Origin: an uncultured delta proteobacterium
Lineage (GTDB): Bacteria; Desulfobacterota; RBG-13-43-22
NCBI GenBank assembly: GCA_963790475.1
Contig: CAWBOS010000012.1
Location: forward strand, 576,001-640,000
Length of the DNA stretch: 64,000 bases
Direction: 5' to 3'
Shown here: piece after piece, positions 47,916 to 57,335 of the stretch
Layout of the letters: every line of letters begins with the position of its first letter
Numbering within the stretch: position 1 is the first letter of the stretch
Translations under genes and position numbers: made by a program
Notes under the pieces: model-generated
Database searches by the model: none
What the model saw: only the letters and a program-made list of their open reading frames with translations
What the model was told of the DNA's origin: nothing

Positions 47916-49115
47916 TCAGGCGGCGCCTTTGGCCGATATAACCGCTTTAGCCGTTTTCAATAAAATCTTTATATCCAGCCAGATCGACCAGTCCCTGGCA
48001 TAACGAAGATCCAAGCGAACCATATCATCGAAAGAGGTCCGACTTCTCCCCTCCACCTGCCAGAGACCTGTGATTCCCGGTTTAATTTCCAGGATGCGTC
48101 TAAGATGCCATGGCTTATACTTTTCAATTTCATAAGGTATCGGGGGTCTTGGACCCACCAGACTCATCTCCCCCTTCAAGACGTTGAAAAATTGGGGGAG
48201 TTCGTCAAAGCTAAGCTTGCGAATAATCCTCCCGACCGGGGTAATACGGCTGTCATTTTTTATTTTAAAAAATGGTTGATCCCCATCCCCATTATTAATA
48301 TCCTCATGTTTCCCTTCGATGAGCTTGGCCAAATATTCCCTATGAACATGATCATCATTATTGACATGCATAGAACGAAACTTGCAAAAGGGAAAGCGGC
48401 TTCCTTTGCATCCTACGCGCAATTGTTTGAAGATCGCTGGACCTGGAGAAGTTATCTTGATCGCCACAGCCGTCAAGGCCATAAGGGGTGAAAAAAGGAT
48501 CAAACCTATTATAGAGCCAAATATATCCAAGCACCTTTTAAAAATACGACGGACTGGCCGGCCCTCTAAGGCCTGATCCAGTTCAAAGGGGAAAAGGTCC
48601 GGCGCTGCTTTTGATTCATCCAATATTTCTTGAAAGATGGAGTCAGGGTAACTTCCCTTAACAACGGGTAAGAACCTGTAACCATTTTCCTTTTTTATGG
48701 AGTCAACATAATAAGTTAATCCTGCTCCATCAGTATCAGGAAGGATCACCCCAATAGTTTTAGGATTGACCCAGCCTTTGATGTCCGTTTCCCGGGTCCT
48801 GGTCCTTAGGCAATTTAAGAAACTCTTAAGTTCAGATTCATTATTCAAAACAGGCTCATTTAATTGAAATAGAGCGATGGATAAAGGAGCCGAAGAACGT
48901 TCGACCCTGCGTTTTTCTCTTTTTAATTGTATTCGAAAATTCTCAGGAGATAAAAAACAATCCTCAATCCAACATTGGTTTAAGGATAGGGCTTTTTTTA
49001 AATTCTCATCCAATGAGCCTTTTGGGGTCCATTTATGAAGGGATATTCCGATCGGTTTCATCGGCAAAGAACTATGCATTTTATCCGACTTGGACATTAC
49101 AGAAATCTTTTTCAT
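47916..49115 (-). CDS. Priming polyprenyl-phosphate sugar transferase with an N-terminal degenerate GGDEF-like domain
   Basis: KRCLDI, KFRSM, DSRITPVG, DELPQFFNVLKGEMSLVGPRP, KPGITGLWQV. Confidence 0.88.
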   Translation of the reverse strand: MKKISVMSKSDKMHSSLPMKPIGISLHKWTPKGSLDENLKKALSLNQCWIEDCFLSPENFRIQLKREKRRVERSSAPLSIALFQLNEPVLNNESELKSFLNCLRTRTRETDIKGWVNPKTIGVILPDTDGAGLTYYVDSIKKENGYRFLPVVKGSYPDSIFQEILDESKAAPDLFPFELDQALEGRPVRRIFKRCLDIFGSIIGLILFSPLMALTAVAIKITSPGPAIFKQLRVGCKGSRFPFCKFRSMHVNNDDHVHREYLAKLIEGKHEDINNGDGDQPFFKIKNDSRITPVGRIIRKLSFDELPQFFNVLKGEMSLVGPRPPIPYEIEKYKPWHLRRILEIKPGITGLWQVEGRSRTSFDDMVRLDLRYARDWSIWLDIKILLKTAKAVISAKGAA

Positions 49116-49569
49116 AAATTTTGCCTACCTTTCGGATACAAATAGAAATCCTGTTGGAATGCGATCAGTATTCATCGTTTTTTTTAGTTTTTAAATTTTG
49201 TTTTAGTAGTCATGACTCCCTGCTGTAATTTTGTGCTGTTTTTGTTAGCCATTATATTAAAGAATAATATGCAATATCCATAACGGAATACCGGTATTTC
49301 TTGTGTAGGAATACTGTATATTGAGGTTAATAAGAGGGGGGTTCGGAGCGGTTTCTGGTAATATTCATTATTCAGGACAGGTCAAGTAAACGAGGCGTTA
49401 GTTTCAGACGGAGGGTCCCAGTATCAGCTTATTTTTTTTAACAGTCTCGTGATCTGCCGAAGTCCGGAAACCGGAATGGAAAATCAAAGCCAGCTCTTTT
49501 GCGAAAAATAATCATTTTATATCTCAGACCAGGCAGAAATTGGCCCATAAATTTCAAGAACCTTCGTTT

Positions 49570-50049
49570 TCAGATGAGTAGTTCCGGCTTTTCATGCCGC
49601 AGTTCGTCGCGCAAATCGAGCAAAGTGTCCTGGAGGGCGAAGGTAGCGACGTTGATGTCGGCAGTGGTCATGGCGGTGGAGGTGCAGTACATCAGCCGGG
49701 CCGCCGAGGCAACGCCGCGCATCAGTATGCCGAGATGTATACATCGCGACATGCGGCCGGCCCGGCGGCTGGCGGCGAGGCTCAGGCGTGCATTACCAAC
49801 AGGTTCGTCGGTGAGGTGGATATTGCTCAGACTACCAAGACCGATGGCCTGGCCGCGGATGCCAGTGTTCTGGAAGGCCTTGTTGAAGCCCTGGCGCAGG
49901 AGTTCACCCAGGCCATCGATGTGGGAACGCTGCTGCGGGTCGAAGCACTGCATGGCTGCGAGGCCGGCCGCCATGCTTATCGGATTTCCGCTGAATGTGC
50001 TGGCGTGCATCACCGGCCGCGGCTGGCCCGGATGGAAGCGCTGCATCAG
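49570..50049 (-). pseudogene. GC-rich C-terminal fragment of a class III aminotransferase (GSA aminomutase-like)
   Basis: HASTFSGNPISMAAGLA; the PLP-lysine region is missing; visibly higher GC than flanks. Confidence 0.7.
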
Positions 50050-50109
50050 GGAAGATCCCTGCTCTCCAGGGCAGGTATCTTCAAAAGTAACCTGCCACCA
50101 TTGTGGCCC

Positions 50110-50946
50110 TTATTCTTTTTTGCTGTTTTTGCCCCTATCTTCCTCCAAGTACTGGATTGCCCTCGACGAGAGGTTGCGGAAACGACTATGGGGACGTGCA
50201 CCCGGCTCCCCACCGGCCGCGGCTTGCGAGGGGTCGGTGCGGATAAAGTATTCGCCTATTGATCGGACAGAGGTGGAAAAGCCGGACATATCCTGGGCCT
50301 GGTTGATGGCGAATTTTACGGTACGGCAATAGAACTGACCCGTTTCAACAACACGGCCGGCGTATTTCAGGGTCTCTTTCTCAAGGTCAGCGGCGGGATA
50401 GACCCGGTTGACAAAGCCCCATTGCATTGCTTCCTGCGCGGTCATAAAAGTATTTTCGTACAGGATTTCTTTGGCCTTGCGCACGCCCACATCCCAGGAG
50501 GTGGTCATGTAATCGCCATAGGTGGGGATTAAGAGGGCATCCTCGGAGGCAAAGATAAAATCCATGGCTGCAGCAATCATCCACCCGCCAAAGATACAGT
50601 AACCACGCACCATGGCGATGGTCGGCTTGGGTAAATCACGCCAGCGCAGATGCATATCAACATATATATCACGGCTGAGTCCGGTCAAAGCAAATCCACT
50701 CAGACCTTCCGCACGCCTCTTTCGGTCCGCAATCTGGTCTGGTGAATCCAGGTCGTGGCCGGCGGAAAAGGCGCGCCCCTCCCCTGATAGGATAATCACC
50801 CCGCATTGAGGGTCAGCAACTGCTTTATTGAAGGCATCATCCATCTCCAGCAGCATCGTCCAGCTTTGGGCGTTAAGTTTCTCCGGCCGGTTAAGTCTTA
50901 AGCGGGCTATCGGTCCGGGTTCGTACTTGATGGTTTTATAGTCCAT
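50110..50946 (-). CDS. Enoyl-CoA hydratase/isomerase family protein
   Basis: LNRPEKLNA, AFSAGHDL, KPTIAMVRGYCIFGG, GFVNRV. Confidence 0.88.
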   Translation of the reverse strand: MDYKTIKYEPGPIARLRLNRPEKLNAQSWTMLLEMDDAFNKAVADPQCGVIILSGEGRAFSAGHDLDSPDQIADRKRRAEGLSGFALTGLSRDIYVDMHLRWRDLPKPTIAMVRGYCIFGGWMIAAAMDFIFASEDALLIPTYGDYMTTSWDVGVRKAKEILYENTFMTAQEAMQWGFVNRVYPAADLEKETLKYAGRVVETGQFYCRTVKFAINQAQDMSGFSTSVRSIGEYFIRTDPSQAAAGGEPGARPHSRFRNLSSRAIQYLEEDRGKNSKKE

Positions 50947-51017
50947 GCTATTCCTTTTGGAGTTATTAGTGAAAAGTTAGGCATTGAGCTGATAAGACAT
51001 TCCTTTTTTAGGTAGAG

Positions 51018-51046
51018 AGTATAAAATAAGCAAAAATAGGGGTCAA
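51018..51046 (-). promoter_or_regulatory. sigma70 promoter of the enoyl-CoA hydratase gene
   Basis: TTGACC-17 nt-TATACT on the minus strand. Confidence 0.7.
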
Positions 51047-51220
51047 GTCGAAACCAAATCTGAGAGAAAAGAAATGAAACGGAGATATCGGATTAGTCTA
51101 TCTAAGGTTTAAGGAAGTTAGGTTTGGGTGGGGTCCCTGCCCAAAGGTCTTCGGACAGCTCTATTTGGGAAAATGAATATAAAAGAAGCCCAAAGAGGGG
51201 CAAGGAGGTAAAGGAAAGAA

Positions 51221-51637
51221 TCAGTCGGATCCCAATTCCACAAAGTCCTGAGGGAACCCTTGATTTCCAGCTAGGACATCTTCGATGGATTGAATCAATT
51301 CGGCCCGGGAAGAATCCTTTAAAAGATACCCATCCGCACCGGCCTTTTGGGCGGCCGCCAGGTATTCAGGGGTTTTATGAACGGTGAAAACCAGGACTTT
51401 AGTCCCCGGCCGTTTTTTCTTGATTTCCTTGGTAGCGGCGAGACCGTCCATCCGGGGCATGGATATATCCATCAAAACCAGGTCGGGCAGCAATCTTTCG
51501 ACAGAATTGAGGGCTTCAACCCCATCGGCCGCTTCACCAACAATATCTAAGGCCGGAAATTGTGAAAGAATGGACTTTAATCCCTCTCGGAGAGCGGGAT
51601 TGTCATCAACGATCAGGATCCGCTGTGGTTTAACCAT
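51221..51637 (-). CDS. NarL-type receiver domain without HTH
   Basis: ILIVDD, VGEAADG, MDISMP, GYLLK; ends after the REC domain. Confidence 0.85.
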   Translation of the reverse strand: MVKPQRILIVDDNPALREGLKSILSQFPALDIVGEAADGVEALNSVERLLPDLVLMDISMPRMDGLAATKEIKKKRPGTKVLVFTVHKTPEYLAAAQKAGADGYLLKDSSRAELIQSIEDVLAGNQGFPQDFVELGSD

Positions 51638-51843
51638 AAGTTAGGTAACAAGTATTAAAAGGCCATCTTTTATAAATATAATAATATAAATATATTAATA
51701 AGTACAAATGAACCTTATCAAAGATTATAAGAGAAAAAAATGGTGGGAAAACTGTATTTTCTCGAGAAAAAGGCTGTATTTTAAATCGGACGGTCCCGAA
51801 AATCTATCCGGCGATCTTATTAAAGGGCGATAGTTTGAAAAAT

Positions 51844-54231
51844 TCAGATGGGCCAAACGGCCCGGATAACAGTTCCTTTTCCCTTGACGGAATCGATTGA
51901 AAAAGAGCCGCCTGAGAACTCAATCCGTTCTTCCATACTGGATAACCCCAAACCTTTTTTTGAATTATCCCTTGAGGATAGACTTCCGAGATCAAATCCT
52001 TCTCCATTATCTTTGATACACAGTTCAATGACGCCGTCGACTTTTCGCAACCCGAGATAGACCGAGTCGGCCTTAGCATACTTGCCGATATTATTCAGGG
52101 CTTCCTGGGTAATCCTAAAAAAAACGATTTTAAGATGGTCAGGCACCTCCTCTTCCCGGATGGTAACCGCTTGTTCAACTTCGATGCCGGAGTAAATCGT
52201 TTCAAATCTCCGGCAGAACCAGGAAAGGGTGGCCAAAATGCCCAGGTCATCCAGAAGAGGGGGCCGCAAATCGGCCTGAATTCTGCGGGCCTCTTCAATC
52301 GTTTCCTTGATGAGGGGGATGAGGGTCTCCAGGGGTTTGGATACAGCCCTATTCAAGGTTCCGTCCTTGGGGAGATGACCTAAGGCCTCTTCCGCCTTGA
52401 ATTTGATGGCACTCAGGGATGACCCCAGGACATCGTGAACTTCCAAGGCGACCCTTTTCCTTTCACTTTCCTGGGCGGAGAGGATCTGGGAGGCCAGGAT
52501 CTGAAGTTGCTTCTTTGATTTCTGCAAGGCCTGCTCTATCTTCAGTCGTTCGGCAATTTCGATAGTGAGTTCTTCATTGCTTTGAGCCAGCTCTGCGGTT
52601 CGTTCAAGGACCCGGATTTCCATTTCATTACGTGATTGGCGAAGCTCTTCCTCCATCTGCTTGAGTTCAGTGATATCACGCGTTACAGAAACCGATCCTA
52701 TGATATTACCTAGGGCATCTCTAACCGGGGAAGAGCTGACCTGACGAAATCGCAACTCTCCCCGTGCCGGAGTGCGGATTATCTCTTCCTGGTTCCTGAT
52801 TACTTCTCCCTGGAGCGCTCGCAATGGCGGTGCCTCTTCGATAGGCCGACGGCTGCCATCCGGGCGATAGACTTCCAGGTTTGCCGCGAATTTTTCCACA
52901 TCTATCGCTTCATCGGAAGACCCGATACCGAATTCCTGAAGGGCCGATGGGTTGGCCAAAATGAATTGCTTCTTGGTATCGGCAAACCACACTTCGTCGG
53001 TGATGCTGTTTACCAATGCGGATAATCGGTCCCGCTCCTGTTGGACAGCTGTCAGAAGTTCCTGGGTTTTCTCTTCAACCCGCTTACGTTCCGATACGTC
53101 GAGAAACGCCACGCCAAAGCATCCCCCCTTGGTTTGAAAAGCGCTTACCTCGTAATGACGATCCAGGGCCTCGCTCCACGCTTCGAAGTGAGCCGGCTGA
53201 CCGGTCAAGGCCACTGACCCATAACGCTCAACCCAGAGATTCTCCGATTGGGGCAAAACTTCATAAAGTGTTCTCCCCACGATATCTACGGCCTTGAGTC
53301 CGGTCATACGTTCGAAGGCCGGGTTCACCTGGAGAAACCGGTAGTCGCAGGGCCGGCCCTGGTCATCGCAGATGATCTCATGGATGGCGAAGCCTTCGGT
53401 CATGGTGTCAAACAGCTTTCGGTACTGCTCCTCGCTTTGGGCGAGTTCCCGGAACAAGGTTCGATAAGGTCGCTGGAGGCCGGTTTCGATAATTGCTTTG
53501 TACAGCAGGACGCAAACGATGATTTTCAGGAAATGGCCCACCTGGTTGAACAGGCCGTATACGTCCACATACAAGGTGAAGGACAGTTCCGAGACGATAC
53601 TCACTCCCAGGGCGGCAATCACCAAGCGCAATACCATTTGGTCCAGGTGTTGCCGCCGTCGGTAGACGAAGAAGATTGCTCCGGACAGCAAAACGCAGAT
53701 GAGGTATTCGCTGATGACCTTGAAGGCCGTCAGACCCTGCCCTTCGACGAAACAGGACGGGAACCATCCGCCGAATATCATGGTCAGTGACAGCGCCGTT
53801 ACCAAACCATAGGCCGACAACAGTCTTATGGCCTTTACCCGCCGAGTCAGGAACAAGGGCGCCATCAACAATGACAACGCCTCCAGACCCCGCGCGGCGA
53901 TCCAAAACTGCGTCGGCAGGTCGGCCGTTGCGCCAGGGAACACCCCCATTCCCTTATAGGCCAACATATGAAGGAGATCGAGTGCCCCTACCGCCAGAAA
54001 GGCAACACCCAAAAAGAGAAAGAAACTGTGGGCTATGAACCGGCGAGAGTTCCAGGCCACGATAAATATCCCCCAGGCCACTAAAACCGAAAACAACTCC
54101 GCCAGACTATGAAACAGCAGATAACTCACGCGGTTTGTCAGCCAAAACCCGATCAGGCTGATTCCTGTCGCCACCATGATGATGAGGGCCTTCATTGTAC
54201 TCGGCGGTGAAGCCGCTGCGTCCTTTTCCAT
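51844..54231 (-). CDS. MASE3-PAS-PAS HisKA_3 sensor histidine kinase
   Basis: YLLFHSLAELFS and DLLHMLAYKGM (MASE3); PAS domains; ERKRVALEVHD, QEALNN, DNGEG, GLGL. Confidence 0.88.
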   Translation of the reverse strand: MEKDAAASPPSTMKALIIMVATGISLIGFWLTNRVSYLLFHSLAELFSVLVAWGIFIVAWNSRRFIAHSFFLFLGVAFLAVGALDLLHMLAYKGMGVFPGATADLPTQFWIAARGLEALSLLMAPLFLTRRVKAIRLLSAYGLVTALSLTMIFGGWFPSCFVEGQGLTAFKVISEYLICVLLSGAIFFVYRRRQHLDQMVLRLVIAALGVSIVSELSFTLYVDVYGLFNQVGHFLKIIVCVLLYKAIIETGLQRPYRTLFRELAQSEEQYRKLFDTMTEGFAIHEIICDDQGRPCDYRFLQVNPAFERMTGLKAVDIVGRTLYEVLPQSENLWVERYGSVALTGQPAHFEAWSEALDRHYEVSAFQTKGGCFGVAFLDVSERKRVEEKTQELLTAVQQERDRLSALVNSITDEVWFADTKKQFILANPSALQEFGIGSSDEAIDVEKFAANLEVYRPDGSRRPIEEAPPLRALQGEVIRNQEEIIRTPARGELRFRQVSSSPVRDALGNIIGSVSVTRDITELKQMEEELRQSRNEMEIRVLERTAELAQSNEELTIEIAERLKIEQALQKSKKQLQILASQILSAQESERKRVALEVHDVLGSSLSAIKFKAEEALGHLPKDGTLNRAVSKPLETLIPLIKETIEEARRIQADLRPPLLDDLGILATLSWFCRRFETIYSGIEVEQAVTIREEEVPDHLKIVFFRITQEALNNIGKYAKADSVYLGLRKVDGVIELCIKDNGEGFDLGSLSSRDNSKKGLGLSSMEERIEFSGGSFSIDSVKGKGTVIRAVWPI

Positions 54232-54240
54232 TTTTCAGTC

Positions 54241-54807
54241 TTATCCAGACACCCTTTTAAGCAGCCAGGCCATTCTTTGTCCAAGCGTTTTTACCATCTG
54301 AATCCCTTCCTCATCTTTTTCCACTTCCCCGATATTCCTGCCAATGCCGATAGCTCTCCCGACAATAAACATTTGCCCGGCAAGAAAAAAGTGATTCAAG
54401 GAATCAAGGGTGTGGATGCCCCCGGTGCGACGCAAAGCGACTACAGAAGCCCCCGCCTTATTTCTATACAGACCGCCATTGGCCAGAGATACAAAACCGG
54501 CACGATCAATCAGGGCCTTCATTTCGGCAGTCACATCGGCGAAATAAACGGGCGATCCCAGAATAATCCCATCGGCCTTGATCATTTTTTCAATGCATTC
54601 ATTGGCAAAGTCCTCTTTGACGGAACAGCGCTGATCCTTATTTTCAAAACATTTATAGCAAGCGATACAACCATGGATTTTTTTCCCGGATAACTGGACC
54701 AATTCAGTTTCCAGCCCTTCTTTTTCCAGTTCACGGAAGACATGGTTAATAAGGATGGCCGTATTGCCATCTTTCCTGGGGCTGCCATTAAAGGCCACAA
54801 TTTTCAT
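54241..54807 (-). CDS. Iron-sulfur flavoprotein (Isf) / multimeric flavodoxin
   Basis: NGSPRKDGNT, CIACYKC...C, GSPVYF. Confidence 0.9.
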   Translation of the reverse strand: MKIVAFNGSPRKDGNTAILINHVFRELEKEGLETELVQLSGKKIHGCIACYKCFENKDQRCSVKEDFANECIEKMIKADGIILGSPVYFADVTAEMKALIDRAGFVSLANGGLYRNKAGASVVALRRTGGIHTLDSLNHFFLAGQMFIVGRAIGIGRNIGEVEKDEEGIQMVKTLGQRMAWLLKRVSG

Positions 54808-55089
54808 AGTATTCCCGTCCTTTCTGAGTTATTAATTATGTAAAATTGAAGAGTTAATATCTTGTCAGAGTTTCGACTATCATGGCAAAATTTTTTCTAA
54901 CGTGATACACCTACTAATGCTTTAAGAAGACAGTTCTAAAAATTAACAATTACTGTTTGAAAGGTGCAAAAAAGGCAGAGCTAAATTACCTGATTTTGCA
55001 TTGTCAAGTTGGGGAAAAATTCCACCTCTCTGTTGAGAAAGGGGGTTTGTTATCTTCATTGACGCTCCTTAAAAAGGGTTGCAGACGTT

Positions 55090-55804
55090 TTAGATGTCTT
55101 TCTTACTGTTAAGTATTTTTATAACCTTTTCTTTTCGCTTTTCAATTTTTTCCTTTTCTCCCGCATATAACCACACTTTATCATCATATTTTTGATAAGA
55201 TTCTATCACTTCAAGGCATTCTTTGTATTTTTTTTTGCTTCTCCAAAACAAGCGACATTCGATAAATTGGAAATCTTACTCTTCTCCAGGTAGCTGGATA
55301 TTTTTCACATTCTCTATCCATCCCTATTAACATATCGGTCGCTTTTTTATACAATTTTATCGACTGTTCATAATTGTTATTCTCTAATTTTTTTGCTTCA
55401 TTGATTAAATCTGACGCTCTCTCATCTTTCATATTAAATCTTTTATATTCTTTCCAATCTACCTCGCTTTTTTTAATTTCAATAAAACATTGCATTTTCT
55501 TTCTTTTAATAAGTATCTCCTTAATTATCGCCGACACTTCTGAGCCATGATCAATATCAAAAGCTAAATAATGATGTCTTTCGTCAGCCTGATTCACTTC
55601 TCCAATATATTCTCCGTATTTATTTGTTACTCTAACATACCCAGGATAATCTTGTCTGTGTTCCCGTATTAATATTAGATCATCACCTTCTTTGCATTGT
55701 GATAATATTTTTTCATCTACGTTTTTTAATTTAGTTGTAAAATTATTAATATGATCTAATCCAAAAAGACTATCTATACTAATTTCAATGCCAAGAAAGG
55801 CGGA
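55090..55804 (-). pseudogene. AT-rich 5'-truncated, frameshifted gene with HIRAN-like and helical regions
   Basis: Frame open from 55804 with no ATG before the HIRAN-like CKEGDDLILIRE..VRVTNKYGEYIG; slip at an A9 tract (55228-55236) continues KKYKECLEVIESY...KDI*. Confidence 0.55.
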
Positions 55805-55819
55805 TTAAGATTACAGGAC

Positions 55820-57313
55820 CTATTCCCAGGCTGCCCGTTCTTCTTCGAAAGGGGCCTTCTGAACCCCGGCTCTCCGGTCAAAAATCATCGTTGGTCGATT
55901 TTTAGTATCATAGGGTTCCCAACCCTTTAAATCTTCATGGTTGGGATTGCCGGTGCGGGCAAAGGCTATCCAGGAATCCATCATTTTTTGACATAACCGG
56001 CCCGCTTCAGGGCCGGCACCCACAAACCGCTGTTCCATAGGATGGTTGCAGGTACCGAAGACAAAGGGCATTTCCAGGGCGTGACAGGAACCCAGTGCCC
56101 CGCGTAGGGCCGGTGATTCCCAGGTAAACAGATAAACATAGGCCCGGCCGTGAGCATCGGCTAAACGAAGAGCGGGAAGGCGGAAACGCAGGTCACTCAA
56201 CAGGGCATCTTCAATGTCACGATTATCAAAAGGGAGTCCGTGTTCGGCCCTCGATTTCTTATATTTGCCGATAAGGTCAGCACTAGCGGTCTTGATTCCT
56301 TTCCCCTTTAGTCCTTCAACGATCTTTTCCAAATCCATATCGGAAATGGGCTTCAAATTTTTATGATCCTTGAACAGTTTCATTTCATCTCTGTTATTTC
56401 CTACCATCAAAGAGATATCCCGGGTTCCTCCCTCTCCGACTATTTCAAGGGACTGCCGGGGTAAGGTAAGTTCATCGATTGTCGGCCGGAATCTCAGGTT
56501 GAAGTTGTTTTGCAGCCGGACCAGTACATTGGTTTGGGCCTTTAAAAGATCTTCAACCGGTATGTCCCAAAGCCTTTGTGCTTCGCCGGGGTTTAGGCCG
56601 AGTTCGGACAAAAAGATTTCGGTCAGATGAGAAGCCTGCTCCGGAGTCAGGGCCAATCCGGTACCACTTTGGGCAATTACCCGATGAAACAAACCCCTGG
56701 CCGCAGGCATGGCCATTAAGGTAACCACGGCCGACGCCCCTGCCGATTCGCCAAAGATGGTCACCTTGTCCGGGTTTCCGCCAAAGGCCTCGATATTATC
56801 CCGGACCCACTTAAGGGCCGCAATCTGATCCAGTTGCCCGCAATTGGCAGAGACACCCCATTCCTTTCCGCCATGATTTCCAAGGAAAAGGTACCCCAGG
56901 ACACCCAAACGGTAATTGATGGTTACGACAACTACATCTCCCCGCTCAGCCAGAAACCTTCCGTTATAGAGGGGGGAGTCGCTGGTGCCGTGGGTAAATC
57001 CACCACCGTGAATCCAAAACATTACCGGCCGCTTTTTCTTGTCGGCCCTCGGGGTATAAATGTTCAGATAGAGACAATCTTCCCCTACCGGACCATCAGC
57101 CGCGAACCCAATGATAGGGTGGCTGCCCTGAAGTGATGAAGTGCCGAACTTTTTGGCCGGTCGCACTTGACTCCACGGATCAGGGGGGACCGGGGAATGA
57201 AACCGCAGTTCCCCCACAGGTGGGTGCGCATAGGGGATTCCTAAAAATACCTGACCTCTTGCTTCTTGAATCCCCTCAACGGGGCCATATTTGGTATCGA
57301 TTATTGGTTCCAT
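55820..57313 (-). CDS. Type B carboxylesterase (PnbA-like)
   Basis: FLGIPYA, EDCLYLN, WIHGGGF, GESAG, CHALE. Confidence 0.92.
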   Translation of the reverse strand: MEPIIDTKYGPVEGIQEARGQVFLGIPYAHPPVGELRFHSPVPPDPWSQVRPAKKFGTSSLQGSHPIIGFAADGPVGEDCLYLNIYTPRADKKKRPVMFWIHGGGFTHGTSDSPLYNGRFLAERGDVVVVTINYRLGVLGYLFLGNHGGKEWGVSANCGQLDQIAALKWVRDNIEAFGGNPDKVTIFGESAGASAVVTLMAMPAARGLFHRVIAQSGTGLALTPEQASHLTEIFLSELGLNPGEAQRLWDIPVEDLLKAQTNVLVRLQNNFNLRFRPTIDELTLPRQSLEIVGEGGTRDISLMVGNNRDEMKLFKDHKNLKPISDMDLEKIVEGLKGKGIKTASADLIGKYKKSRAEHGLPFDNRDIEDALLSDLRFRLPALRLADAHGRAYVYLFTWESPALRGALGSCHALEMPFVFGTCNHPMEQRFVGAGPEAGRLCQKMMDSWIAFARTGNPNHEDLKGWEPYDTKNRPTMIFDRRAGVQKAPFEEERAAWE

Positions 57314-57335
57314 GTTTTATCTCTTCCTCTTCGGG

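Noticed and set aside
49270-49287. Minus-strand CCGTTATGGATATTGCA resembling the sigma54 promoter at 22249
   Set aside because: The invariant -24 GG is absent; at most a decayed site
32469-54807. Selenocysteine recoding in the Fe-S and redox proteins
   Set aside because: The Cys motifs are complete and no internal TGA interrupts a conserved domain
55811-55822. TAG followed by two codons and TAA at the esterase end (pyrrolysine readthrough?)
   Set aside because: Readthrough would add only three residues, and there are no pyl genes or catalytic rationale in the window
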